A stretch of 64,000 nucleotides of DNA, taken from positions 86,444-150,443 of the forward strand of contig JBDRWW010000003.1 of the NCBI GenBank assembly GCA_039802605.1, written 5' to 3'. Shown here in pieces: positions 40,624 to 50,653 of this stretch (positions are counted from its first letter, which is position 1; every line of letters begins with the position of its first letter). The notes under the pieces are model-generated. The model was not told the DNA's origin, ran no database searches, and saw nothing but the letters and a program-made list of their open reading frames with translations. Source of the stretch: a candidate division WOR-3 bacterium (GTDB taxonomy: Bacteria; Hydrothermota; Hydrothermia; LBFQ01). The position numbers and the translations under genes were made by a program.

Positions 40624-41549
40624 ATATTGCTTTATCCTTTATATTCTCCCAATACGAGATTTCCGTTATTGATACCCTAACGAATATGCTTTATAACGAA
40701 AGGTTTGATGAATTTGAGAATTCTTTAAAAAGGTTTTATGGTGAGGTGGATACAAACATCTTACGATGTATAAAGTTGGGTTTTTTGGAGTTGTATATGA
40801 CGGACAACTCTACGGATTACAGATATGGGGAATTCGTAGCCCTAATGGATACATTGGTGAATCTCCCGCAAAATAACACCCGAAACAAACTTTATGTGGC
40901 CGTATCCTCCGCAATAGGTGCGGTTTTTTACGGTAGGAGGGGAGATATAACCAAAGCCATATCACTTGGGAATATATCGTTTAGTCTTTTCAGCGAGATA
41001 TACTCCGAAAATCCGGATGTTTATGATTCGTATTTGCCTCTGGGCATTTACCATTTTGCAATGGGATATCTCAGTAGGTCTTCTTCAAGGAAGAAAAGGG
41101 GAATTGAAATGGTAAAAGAGTCCGCAAAAAGGGGGGTATTGGTAAAACCCCTAGCCTATGCGGCCCTAGTTTATATTTATGTTTTTGATAAAAAGCCCGG
41201 TTATGCCGTGGATTACGGGATTAAGGCCCTGGAATTGTATCCCAAAAGCAGAACTTTCAGGTGGATATTGGCATATGCTTATAAAGAGGCCGGTATGTAT
41301 AAGGATGCCATAAGGGTATATATGGAAATTTTAATGGATTTAAATAGGAGAAACCCAAACTGTAATGTGTGCTTGGCGGAGGTATATTTCCATTTGGGGG
41401 AGAGTTATAAGGCTTTGGGAGATGATGAAAAGGCGAAAAAGAGTTTTTGGTCGTCATACTACTATGCAAGTTCCGAGGAAGATCCTTACAGACGGAGAAA
41501 GGTAAAGGAGATTTTAAGAAAACTCGCCAAGTATGGGATCGGAGGCTAA
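40620..41549 (+). CDS. Tetratricopeptide repeat protein, probably exported
   Basis: KALELYP, LAYAYKEAGMYKDA, LGESYKALGDDEKA. Confidence 0.7.
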   Translation: MNIALSFIFSQYEISVIDTLTNMLYNERFDEFENSLKRFYGEVDTNILRCIKLGFLELYMTDNSTDYRYGEFVALMDTLVNLPQNNTRNKLYVAVSSAIGAVFYGRRGDITKAISLGNISFSLFSEIYSENPDVYDSYLPLGIYHFAMGYLSRSSSRKKRGIEMVKESAKRGVLVKPLAYAALVYIYVFDKKPGYAVDYGIKALELYPKSRTFRWILAYAYKEAGMYKDAIRVYMEILMDLNRRNPNCNVCLAEVYFHLGESYKALGDDEKAKKSFWSSYYYASSEEDPYRRRKVKEILRKLAKYGIGG

Positions 41550-42612
41550 AATCCTTTTCGTATGCGATTTTTATCCTAACAAATATAAACCTTATGAGGG
41601 TGTATTTTTTAGATATCACGCATTATCCCTATCAAAAAAGTTCAAGGTTAGGGTACAAACCCTTATAAGGTTAAACAGGTTTGGATATGAAAGGTGGGAG
41701 GATGGGGGTGTGGAGGTTGAGGCGTTTATAATGCCTTATAAGGTGGGGTTCGGGTTTATATTTTTACCTATTGCGGTAACACTTCAATTTTTGCTTGGTT
41801 TAAAAAACCTTTTATTGTTTAGACCCAATAGGGTATTACTCCATATGGGTTTGCCCCAAGGATTGGCTTTTCTTTGGATGTTTAAGGGCTTTTATGTGGT
41901 AGAACATTCGGATCATATATGGGAGGGGTTTAACAAATTTTTAAGTTTCGTAGTTTTTGCTTTTGCGAAAAGGGTTGGGGCCGTAAGTTCCTGGCAAGCG
42001 GAAATGATGGAAAGGGTATTCTCAATAAAGCCCTTTGTTTTGGGAAATCCATTACCAGATATACCTTTTAAACCTTCTTCCCAAAAAAACGCTATTTTAT
42101 TTGTGGGCACTATTACTCCCAAAAAAAACCCAATTGTGGTTCTGGATGTTGCGAGGGTTTTAGAAAATTTAGAATTTTATTTTGTGGGTAGAAACTTTAA
42201 CGATGATTACTTTGAAAGTTTCTTAAAAAAACTGGGAAAAACCGTTAATGCCAAATACTTGGGGGCATTGGCGCATGAAGAAGTGTTGAATATTTTAAGG
42301 GAAGCCGCCCTTTTGGTTTCAACAAGTGATAGTGAAACCTTTGGTTATGCCATAGCAGAGGCTTTGGCCCTCGGAAAACCTGTTGTTTGGTTTGATAGCG
42401 GTGGTCCAAGGGACTTTTTAAACGAGGAAAATTCCGTATTGGTAAGGAGGAAAACACCCCTTGCCTTGGCATGTGGGATATTGGGATGTTTGGGGAAAAT
42501 CAAAAATGGGGAATTTAATCCCGAGGGGATAAGGGTGGGGATATACAAAAATTATTCCTTTGATGCGGTTTTAAATAGGTACATTGAGTTTTTAAATTTA
42601 ACGGATTTTTAG
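41533..42612 (+). CDS. GT4 glycosyltransferase
   Basis: ILFVG...KN; SETFGYAIAEALALGKPVV (EX7E). Confidence 0.88.
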   Translation: MGSEAKILFVCDFYPNKYKPYEGVFFRYHALSLSKKFKVRVQTLIRLNRFGYERWEDGGVEVEAFIMPYKVGFGFIFLPIAVTLQFLLGLKNLLLFRPNRVLLHMGLPQGLAFLWMFKGFYVVEHSDHIWEGFNKFLSFVVFAFAKRVGAVSSWQAEMMERVFSIKPFVLGNPLPDIPFKPSSQKNAILFVGTITPKKNPIVVLDVARVLENLEFYFVGRNFNDDYFESFLKKLGKTVNAKYLGALAHEEVLNILREAALLVSTSDSETFGYAIAEALALGKPVVWFDSGGPRDFLNEENSVLVRRKTPLALACGILGCLGKIKNGEFNPEGIRVGIYKNYSFDAVLNRYIEFLNLTDF

Positions 42613-43677
42613 GGTCGAAAGGGCAAGGAGGGAAAATAGTAGGGATGCTATCCAAAACCTGACCACTATTTTACCCTCTTCCCAACCCAATTCCTCAAAG
42701 TGGTGATGTAAGGGCGCCCTCTTAAAAAACCTTTTCCCCCCTGTAAGTTTAAAATATCCTATTTGGATTGCCACCGATAGGGTTTCGGCAACCAAAACAC
42801 CCCCCGCAATCGCCAAAAGTATTTCCTGCTTTGTTAGGACCGCCAATGAGGCCAAGGCACCCCCTAAGGCCTGCGAACCCGTATCCCCCATAAACACCTC
42901 TGCTGGGTGCGCGTTATACCACAAAAAGGCCACCAGGGAACCTAAAAATGATGACGCGAAAATGGCGAGGTGGCCGGCATTTTGAATATAAAGCAGGTTT
43001 AAGTGGTTCGCGAATTTAAAGTTCCCTTCAATATATGCCACTATTCCCAATACAGCCATAGGGAATATAACTACACCCGCTGCGAGTCCATCAAGCCCAT
43101 CCGTTAAATTTACACCGTTAGAAGTTCCCGCTATTACAAAGGCTACGAACAAGAAGTATAAAATCCCTAGGTTTATAAAAAAGTTCTTAAAGAACAAAAA
43201 TTGAGTTAAAAACGCCTTATCGCCGAAGATATATACCGCCCCAAAGGAAAATAAAACGCCTAAGCCCAACTGAAATAACAACTTGTAAGTTTTCCTTAAA
43301 CCCCCTTTCTTGTCTTTTCTTTTCAGTTTTGATATATCGTCCCAAAATCCCATTAATCCCATAACAAATGTCGCGGTAATTGCCAAAAGGACCTCTAAAA
43401 CCGGTTTGGCCCATAAAAGGGTGGATATTAGTGCGACGGGAACAAATATTAAACCACCCGATGAAGGTGTCCCCTCTTTCTTTCTGTGCCTTTCCGGGAC
43501 ATCTTCCGAAATCCTTTCATAAAATTTATTTCTAAACGACTTTATATACCATCCCAAAAGGAAGTATGTTAAAAGGAAGGAGAATATGAAAGCGATTGCC
43601 GAACGGAAGGTTAGGTAGTTGAATAGGTTAAAGATTATATGTATATCCCTAAAACTTGCGAGAAATTCTGCTAGCAA
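42598..43677 (-). CDS. mraY: Phospho-N-acetylmuramoyl-pentapeptide transferase
   Basis: KKEGTPSSGG, DD, SNGVNLTDGLDGL, FMGDTGS, APLHHHFE. Confidence 0.96.
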   Translation of the reverse strand: MLAEFLASFRDIHIIFNLFNYLTFRSAIAFIFSFLLTYFLLGWYIKSFRNKFYERISEDVPERHRKKEGTPSSGGLIFVPVALISTLLWAKPVLEVLLAITATFVMGLMGFWDDISKLKRKDKKGGLRKTYKLLFQLGLGVLFSFGAVYIFGDKAFLTQFLFFKNFFINLGILYFLFVAFVIAGTSNGVNLTDGLDGLAAGVVIFPMAVLGIVAYIEGNFKFANHLNLLYIQNAGHLAIFASSFLGSLVAFLWYNAHPAEVFMGDTGSQALGGALASLAVLTKQEILLAIAGGVLVAETLSVAIQIGYFKLTGGKRFFKRAPLHHHFEELGWEEGKIVVRFWIASLLFSLLALSTLKIR

Positions 43678-43700
43678 GTGGGTATAATAAGGCCGCTTTT

Positions 43701-43730
43701 AAAATAAAAAAGGGCCCCCGAAGGGGCCCC
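43701..43730 (-). terminator. Intrinsic terminator after S8 protease
   Basis: Minus strand GGGGCCCC-TTCG-GGGGCCC-TTTTTTATTTT (cUUCGg tetraloop). Confidence 0.9.
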
Positions 43731-43753
43731 GTATATTAAACCGTATTAAAGCG

Positions 43754-46522
43754 TTATTTTACGATGAAGCGGTTTATAGTTGTCCTGTTCCCCGCCTTTA
43801 CCCTAACCATATAAGCACCCTTACTCAGATCGGACAGGTCAAACCGCAGGTTCCCATAATAATAACCCTTATATAGATTCTTAACCAACCTTCCGGATGG
43901 TGAGAATATTTCAACGCTAACATCGGATTTATAAGGTATATTCACTATTAGCTCAACACCATTGTCTTTGCGGGAAATGCTCAAACTCGGGGGAATTACA
44001 TCTTTAAATGTTTCGGATATATCCGTTGAGGCGTCAAACCCCACTATGGCGAATGTTACGACTTGTGAACCCCCGGAAGGTATGTTGAAAGGTCCGGCGG
44101 AAGCAACAACCGACCAGTCATTGGCCGAAGAACCGGATGGGAACGAAAGTGTCCCGTTCAAGAACTTCCACTTTATTGTATCGGGTGTTCCGGAATATAC
44201 ATATATTGAGTTGTCTATGGCGCTCAGGTTTGCCAAGGATGAAACGGGATCAACAAGGGCAACACCCGCACGGTAAGGATAGGAGGAATGATATATATAT
44301 GCCAGTTTCAAAGATGTGTCTGTTGCTGCATAGTTTTGGTTATATGTGCTTACATCAAAGTCGGCAAATACACCTATATACACATTGTTCAGAGGTGAAG
44401 TTGAGCGGTTTACCAACTCGTACCTCAGGAATACCCAGTTCGGCCTGTAAGACCGGTATCCGTACGCCTCAAGCCTTAGTTCAACGCCAAAAGGTGTTGA
44501 ATGCCCCGAATCGTCATACCCAGCGGCACCGTTTTCATCCCCAAACATAGGTGTTGATCTAATAAATCCACCGTAATATCTTGATATATCTCCCCCGTCA
44601 TACCAGCCATCCGGGACATATGTCTGGGAATTTCCAAAGGCCACGCCGGCGTAATACAATAGATTTGCCCCCGTCTTGGGATATTTGAACCCTTTTGCGG
44701 TTGTCGTATCCCCGTAATGGGTTCCTATTCCACCGGGCTGGTTTACGGGTATCCATAGGGCCGCCGTACCGGTATCTATTACGAATACATCAACCGGGTT
44801 TCCTATGGTCAGCGTGAAGTTTAGTGTATCGTTATAACCACCGCTATTTGCGGATACATACATGTCAAACCTCACGGATAAACCAATTGGCGCACTCGGG
44901 GACACGCTTATTGTGAATACATCCGATGTGTTGGTCGCGGAATCGGAAGGCGCGATATTACCGTATACCGCGGAGTTATCAATTATCGTTATATACGGGT
45001 TTGAGGTGTATATGGTTGCCTGCGTATTGTTCGCCGCACCACCACCCGAATTTCTCAGCGTTATTATGAGGTTAACGGTTTCGCCGGGATCGGCTATGTT
45101 ATTGTTATTACCAGCCGCGTCATCAACAAACACCCTGGATAAGGCGATATAAGGTACGCTTGAAGAAGGGGTATTTTCAACCGCCCTTAGGGCATTTAAT
45201 CTACCCCAACCGCAGTTGTTGTTGGGTATTGAGTTGCAATCCGGAGCGGGTCTATCGGCATAATCCAAAAGTATGTTATACACCTGCGTAAAATCAAGCG
45301 TTGCGTTCTTCTGAAACATGAGGGCTATCGTTCCCGTAACATGCGGGGCCGCCATTGAAGTGCCGCTCATATTGGTGTAGGAGCTTGAACCATAAGAGGA
45401 ATACACATTTACACCTGGTGCGGATATGTTGGGTTTGTAAAAGTTCCAATCACTCCTTGGCCAATAAGATGTATTATTCCATGGGCTTGAGTTTGGTGCG
45501 GGACCCCTTGAAGAGAAGGAAGCAATACGGTCGCTATTATCCGTGGCGCCAACGCCTATAACGGTCGGGAAATTGCCCGGAGTACCGGCTGTCCCGGAAC
45601 CCGGACCGCTGTTTCCTATGGAAAATACGGGTATTATGTTGGCAGTCCTCCAAGCCAAAACATCGTTCCAGAAAGTCAAATCCGTTGTTGCGGTGCTACC
45701 CCAAGAGTTATTAACCGCCACAATATTTATACCGCTATCAACCTTCCAATCAACTATCCTCTGGAACCCATTCCTTATAATCGTCGTCGTCGTTGAACAG
45801 AAACTTCCTCCGAATATCCTAACCATGGCCAATCGTGCCCCGGGTGCAACACCTATATCGTTTGAAAACGATCCAAGACCATCACCGCCTACCATCGTTC
45901 CGGATGTGTGCGTGCCGTGATAGGAACAAGCCGATTCATCCGTAGGCGTTGAGGAACCACCATAGGGATCGTACCACTTTATAACCTTACCGTTTAGTGC
46001 CGGGTGCGAAGCCATAACGCCCGAGTCCATTGAAGCTATTATAACTCCCGTTCCGTCTATGCCATAGTAAGCCCATACGGAATCCGCCTTTATCTTATCA
46101 ACACCCCAGGCCACGGCGTCGGGCTTTATATCACCGCCATCCGATGGTTTTGCGAATAGATATATAACTTCCTCTTCGTAAATGTATGTTATGTCATTCC
46201 TTGCGGCCAGGGATCTTATCTGTTGAGGCGTTGCCTCTACGAATATCTCGTTGCTTATCCAAAATCCTTGGTAGTTGGTTATACCGAGCGACTTTATGTG
46301 TTCTATTACGGGTTCTTGTGTTCTTTTTGCTAAGTCTTTCACATATGTGAATATGCTTTTTAGTGTTTGGGTGTTGCGTTTGGGGTATTGCCTCATGAAT
46401 TCCTCGTAATCCGGTTGGTCTTTTAGCACGAGGAACACCCTGAACTTTTGCTCCGGAGGCGCTGAATTTAACTTCGCCTCCAACTCCGGCTGTAACTTCG
46501 CAAGTGATATTACCCAAAGCAT
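43754..46522 (-). CDS. Subtilisin-like S8 serine protease with propeptide and T9SS-type C-terminal domain
   Basis: Triad DSG, HGTH, GTSMAAPH; C-terminus IFSPSGRLVK...LSKGAYMVRV; start corrected to ATG 46522 from the promoter. Confidence 0.92.
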   Translation of the reverse strand: MLWVISLAKLQPELEAKLNSAPPEQKFRVFLVLKDQPDYEEFMRQYPKRNTQTLKSIFTYVKDLAKRTQEPVIEHIKSLGITNYQGFWISNEIFVEATPQQIRSLAARNDITYIYEEEVIYLFAKPSDGGDIKPDAVAWGVDKIKADSVWAYYGIDGTGVIIASMDSGVMASHPALNGKVIKWYDPYGGSSTPTDESACSYHGTHTSGTMVGGDGLGSFSNDIGVAPGARLAMVRIFGGSFCSTTTTIIRNGFQRIVDWKVDSGINIVAVNNSWGSTATTDLTFWNDVLAWRTANIIPVFSIGNSGPGSGTAGTPGNFPTVIGVGATDNSDRIASFSSRGPAPNSSPWNNTSYWPRSDWNFYKPNISAPGVNVYSSYGSSSYTNMSGTSMAAPHVTGTIALMFQKNATLDFTQVYNILLDYADRPAPDCNSIPNNNCGWGRLNALRAVENTPSSSVPYIALSRVFVDDAAGNNNNIADPGETVNLIITLRNSGGGAANNTQATIYTSNPYITIIDNSAVYGNIAPSDSATNTSDVFTISVSPSAPIGLSVRFDMYVSANSGGYNDTLNFTLTIGNPVDVFVIDTGTAALWIPVNQPGGIGTHYGDTTTAKGFKYPKTGANLLYYAGVAFGNSQTYVPDGWYDGGDISRYYGGFIRSTPMFGDENGAAGYDDSGHSTPFGVELRLEAYGYRSYRPNWVFLRYELVNRSTSPLNNVYIGVFADFDVSTYNQNYAATDTSLKLAYIYHSSYPYRAGVALVDPVSSLANLSAIDNSIYVYSGTPDTIKWKFLNGTLSFPSGSSANDWSVVASAGPFNIPSGGSQVVTFAIVGFDASTDISETFKDVIPPSLSISRKDNGVELIVNIPYKSDVSVEIFSPSGRLVKNLYKGYYYGNLRFDLSDLSKGAYMVRVKAGNRTTINRFIVK

Positions 46523-46532
46523 GGTACTTGGT

Positions 46533-46561
46533 ATTCTATGGAAGAATTTTTTCTCTGTCAA
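46533..46561 (-). promoter_or_regulatory. Sigma70 promoter of the S8 protease gene
   Basis: TTGACA (46561-46556), 17 nt, TAGAAT (46538-46533), 10 nt, ATG. Confidence 0.85.
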
Positions 46562-46594
46562 GTCGCCTTTTTCCTGCGTTATAATACGCGCTTT

Positions 46595-46939
46595 ATGAAA
46601 CCCTAGAAAATCCACAAGGATTATCGCAATCTGATAGAGAATTTGCTTCAAGAGTACAATCTATTGGATGTAATGCAACTATCCCTTGAAGATGTTCAGG
46701 ATATAAAGGTAGCGGAAGATTTGGTTCTTGATGAAAGTGAAAGATCAAGTTTGGAGGCTTTGATAAAAACCTTTCGCATACCCGATAAAAGGGTAAAGGG
46801 GATATATTCCTTTACATACAAAGGGCTACACAAGAAGGAGATGCTGGAAAGACTCAGATTTGTTTGGGAAATAGAAAGTGTCTTAGCCAGCCAGCCCTTT
46901 GATAACACTTTTAATTGTGCCAGCACTAATACTCGCTAG
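46595..46939 (+). pseudogene. Interrupted hypothetical ORF (ATG AAA CCC TAG, then a ~110-codon open frame)
   Basis: TATAAT 46580-46585, 9 nt, ATG 46595 in frame with ORF 46643-46939 but with TAG at 46604. Confidence 0.45.
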
Positions 46940-47220
46940 TATATATCTTTTTTAACAGGTTCCTCAAAGAGGTATTCAAACAACGCTCTGCCCAGCCTCT
47001 TCATCTTTATCCTTTCCATCTCCATTTTCTCCCTTTCCATTTCTTCCCTAACTTCCTGCTCTATGGCCTCAATTATGCTCTTCTCCTTATGGATACGGAA
47101 TAGGGGCAAAGTATTCCATGGGTATGCCACCTCTATCTTATGGTGCATATAAGCCTCAGGGTGAAATAAAGGAGGTTTATGAGAAAGTGGAAAACCCCTT
47201 ATATACAACAATTTGAGATA
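46936..47220 (-). other. Charged hypothetical ORF or fragment of unknown origin
   Basis: E/K/M-rich coiled segment (EQEVREEMEREKMEMERIK); start uncertain; stop shares CTAG with the convergent ORF. Confidence 0.35.
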
Positions 47221-47245
47221 CGGCTCTATAATATCCACCTTAAAA

Positions 47246-47962
47246 ATGTCGGCAAATAACGAATTGGATATACTTTCCGGGCGTTTAAGGGAAATTTTCA
47301 TTAAAGAAGTTTTTCCAAACTTGAAAGGTAAAAACCTAACGGATCGAAACTTGGACGAAGAAGTTTATAAATTCTTAAAAGATTACCACATATTTGAAAG
47401 GGGTTTGGAAATTAATTTCTCTGAGCCTAAGGATACCATTTATAAGACCGAAGGCGGAAGAACACCTTATGACCTACTATGCTACGGCAAGGTCAAGGGA
47501 AAAGATTTTAATGTGTTTATAAACAACAAATTGGGTGATTTAAAAAGTAGTACCCGTAACGATGTAACAACATATAACAACCTTTTGAGATTGTATTTAG
47601 GCGTTTCCGAGCAAAGGTTGACTTCAAAGGTGGTTATTAATAGAAATTTAATTTATAAGCGGGTTTCCGGTGAAGAAATAGTATCGTATGGCATATTTGT
47701 TGTGGATAAATATAAGAATGGGGCAAATTTTTTCCTATTGGAAGAAATTCAAGACGAGTTTTATGTAAATCCGAGGAATACTATGTTTCAGGTGAGGTAT
47801 AACCCCTCAATCGGAAAACCCATTGACTACTATTCCTTTTGCATTAAGTTGATTGACGCGATTTTGGAATCCCTAAACAAGAGTTTAAAAGCGATAGAAA
47901 CCGAACGCCTTGTTATAAGTAGTTTAAAGAAACAATTGATGGAAATTAAGAGCCATGAATAG
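47246..47962 (+). CDS. Putative type II restriction endonuclease
   Basis: Overlaps the downstream MTase; PD-(D/E)xK-like PYD...INNK; YVNP.N..Q; start ATG 47246. Confidence 0.65.
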   Translation: MSANNELDILSGRLREIFIKEVFPNLKGKNLTDRNLDEEVYKFLKDYHIFERGLEINFSEPKDTIYKTEGGRTPYDLLCYGKVKGKDFNVFINNKLGDLKSSTRNDVTTYNNLLRLYLGVSEQRLTSKVVINRNLIYKRVSGEEIVSYGIFVVDKYKNGANFFLLEEIQDEFYVNPRNTMFQVRYNPSIGKPIDYYSFCIKLIDAILESLNKSLKAIETERLVISSLKKQLMEIKSHE

Positions 47963-49496
47963 AATAGGGTTTGTTGAAACCCCTATTGAACTGGCGAGAC
48001 TAATGGTTGAATTATCCACAGTTCCAAAGGATGCCCCCGTCCTTGATACCGGTTGTGGTAGGGGAGTTTTTCTCCAAGCGCTGAGGGAAAAGGGGTATAA
48101 AAATGTCTACGGAATAGAGTTAGACAAAGGGTTGTACGACTACTGCCGACAAAGGTTTGGTGAGGATTTTACAATTATAGCGGGAGATTTCTTAACATAC
48201 GATTTTGGTCAAAGGTTTGACCTGATTATTGGAAACCCCCCTTATGTTCATTTCAACCGATTACCTATAAAAATGGCAAATGTGGTTAGGGATATAATAA
48301 AAACCGCCGAGGGGGATATATACTACGCCTTCATTATCCGTGCTATTTCCTTACTCAACTGGGGTGGGGAACTCATATACATCGTTCCATACCACTTTTT
48401 CTACAACACATATGCCAAAAGTGTCCGCGAGGCGTTGTTGAGGTACGGAAAAATTGAAATAATAATAGACTTGGATGAGGTAAGGTTGTTTGATAAGGAA
48501 AACCCCGAAACGGTTATATTTAAGTTTAAGAAAGGAAAGTTTTTGCCAAGTAGCGAAAGGATTAAACTTTTAAAGGTAAAAACGAGAAAAACCAATGCTT
48601 CGGAAATATATCAAAAGGCGATTGATTCATTAAAAAAAGGAAAATCCAACGAACTCTTCGATTTTCACGAGATACCGCATTTTTTGAACCCCGAACCTTG
48701 GTCATCCTTCGCCTTTGATATTCCCGAATTTCCATCGGTAAAATTAAAGGATATTGCAAAGGTTGGGGTTGGTTTGGTTTCCGGATTTGATGAAGCCTTT
48801 ATTATAAAAGGCGATGTTAAATTGAACCCGGAAGAATTAGAACTCGTAAAAAGGTTTGTAAAGGCAAAGAATTGTAAAAGGTTCATAGTTGATGGGTATG
48901 AAAACTATATCCTCATTGACGATACCATAAGGGATGAAAACGAATTTAAGTCAAAATACCCAAACGTATATCGCAAAATTTTACCCTTCAAGGAAAAAAT
49001 GTTAAAACGATATTTGCCAAAGGGAAAGAAATGGTTTCAATGGCAGGCTTTGAGGAATTATGGCTTTTTAAGGGGAAACCCGAACAAAAAAAGGATATAT
49101 GTTCCAACATTGGATAGGAAACCCTATAATAGGTTTAGTTTGGGTGATGAAAACCTTTTACCGGCCGGTGATGTACTTTTTATACAACCTTATAATGAGG
49201 AAGATTTGTACTTTTTACTTGGCTACCTTAACGGCGAATTTTTTAGGATGTATTACCTTTCAAGGGGTGGTAGGAGGGGGGGAAGGGTGTCCTTTACCCA
49301 AAAACTCCTTGAAAATTCGGAAATCCCGTTGTTCTCACCGGATGTGAAAGGAAAAATCACCCAACTAACCATTGAAATCTTATCGGGATTAAGGGAAAAC
49401 AAGAATGTTTCCGGCTTTGAACGGGAGTTGGATGGGATAATAAACTCGGCAATTATGGAAGAAAGATTCTCCCCCCTTAGAATTCACAACCTATGA
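47955..49496 (+). CDS. N6-adenine DNA methyltransferase, gamma class (TaqI/Eco57I-like)
   Basis: TP..LA, motif I LDTGCGRGVF before motif IV IIGNPPY, DIYYAFI, C-terminal TRD. Confidence 0.9.
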   Translation: MNRIGFVETPIELARLMVELSTVPKDAPVLDTGCGRGVFLQALREKGYKNVYGIELDKGLYDYCRQRFGEDFTIIAGDFLTYDFGQRFDLIIGNPPYVHFNRLPIKMANVVRDIIKTAEGDIYYAFIIRAISLLNWGGELIYIVPYHFFYNTYAKSVREALLRYGKIEIIIDLDEVRLFDKENPETVIFKFKKGKFLPSSERIKLLKVKTRKTNASEIYQKAIDSLKKGKSNELFDFHEIPHFLNPEPWSSFAFDIPEFPSVKLKDIAKVGVGLVSGFDEAFIIKGDVKLNPEELELVKRFVKAKNCKRFIVDGYENYILIDDTIRDENEFKSKYPNVYRKILPFKEKMLKRYLPKGKKWFQWQALRNYGFLRGNPNKKRIYVPTLDRKPYNRFSLGDENLLPAGDVLFIQPYNEEDLYFLLGYLNGEFFRMYYLSRGGRRGGRVSFTQKLLENSEIPLFSPDVKGKITQLTIEILSGLRENKNVSGFERELDGIINSAIMEERFSPLRIHNL

Positions 49497-50653
49497 AAAT
49501 AGTTATAGCGCACGCTTACAGGCTTCCGGTGGGGGGTTTGGGAGGGCAATTATCCCATATGGAGGCTTACGACCTTTTTAAAGCCGTTGCCGAATATGTT
49601 TTAAAAAAATCGGGAATTGATAGAAAACTCGTTGATGGTGTTGTTGTCGGAAACATAGGGCAACCTTCGGATCATCCAAATGTTGGCAGGAAAATTGCAA
49701 GGGAACTCTTAGGTGATGACAAGTGGGGTTTTGTTGTACAGAGGAATTGCGCCTCGGGAATACAAGCGATAACAACGGGTTATGAAATTATAAAAAACGG
49801 GGATGCGCACATCCTTTTGGTTGGGGGAACGGAAAGCATGTCAAGGGCACCTTATATACTCAAAAAGGCGAGGTGGGGTTATAGGTTGAGGCACGATACC
49901 CTATACGACGGTTTATGGGAGGGTTTAACGGATCCCGTTGTTGGCCAACTTATGGGTAGGACGGCCGAAAACCTCGTTGAAAAGTACAACCTGAGTAGGG
50001 AGGAAATGGATGAGTTTGCCGTAAGAAGCCATCAAAAGGCCTATAATGCCCAAAAAGAGGGTTTATTTTCCCCAAGGATAGCGCCCGTTGAGGTGGATGG
50101 AAAGGTTATTGACAAGGATGAGGGTATAAACCCAAACCTTACCCTACAAATAGCCGCAATGTATCCCGCTATATTTAAAGAAAACGGAAAGGTTACCCCC
50201 GCTTCAAGTTCATCAATAAACGACGGGGCAGCGGCAATGCTCCTTATGACCGAGGAGAAGGCGGAGGAGCTGGGTATAAAACCCGATGCGGTTATACTCT
50301 CTTATGGTTATGGTGCCGTACATCCCGCTTATATGGGTGAGGGGCCAACATGCTCAACACCGATAGCACTACAAAGGGCAAACTTAAAGATAACGGATAT
50401 AGATTATTTTGAGGTAAATGAGGCCTTTGCGGCCGTCGCAATAGTTGATAGGAACATTTTGGGAATACCGGACGATAGGATGAATATTTGGGGAGGGGCA
50501 ATAGCCCATGGGCATCCCGTAGGGGCCACCGGTGCCATACTAACCGTCAAAATGATCGGTATCCTTGAAACATACAAGGCAAAAAGGGGACTTATAACCC
50601 TTTGCGTTGGAGGAGGTCAGGGGGGAACCCTGATAATCGAAAGGTACGAATAG
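49493..50653 (+). CDS. Thiolase (acetyl-CoA C-acyltransferase)
   Basis: NCASG, GGTESMS, NEAFA, GGAIAHGHPVGATG, LCVGGGQG. Confidence 0.95.
   Translation: MKIVIAHAYRLPVGGLGGQLSHMEAYDLFKAVAEYVLKKSGIDRKLVDGVVVGNIGQPSDHPNVGRKIARELLGDDKWGFVVQRNCASGIQAITTGYEIIKNGDAHILLVGGTESMSRAPYILKKARWGYRLRHDTLYDGLWEGLTDPVVGQLMGRTAENLVEKYNLSREEMDEFAVRSHQKAYNAQKEGLFSPRIAPVEVDGKVIDKDEGINPNLTLQIAAMYPAIFKENGKVTPASSSSINDGAAAMLLMTEEKAEELGIKPDAVILSYGYGAVHPAYMGEGPTCSTPIALQRANLKITDIDYFEVNEAFAAVAIVDRNILGIPDDRMNIWGGAIAHGHPVGATGAILTVKMIGILETYKAKRGLITLCVGGGQGGTLIIERYE

Noticed and set aside
46604..46606. Amber read-through or recoding at the in-frame TAG
   Set aside because: TAG is a normal stop for many genes here and no pyl genes are seen. 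Pseudogenisation, a junction or a sequencing error is simpler.
46523..46651. 43-aa N-terminal extension of the S8 protease in the ORF track
   Set aside because: It spans a consensus TTGACA-17-TAGAAT promoter and the divergent promoter, and does not form a proper signal peptide.
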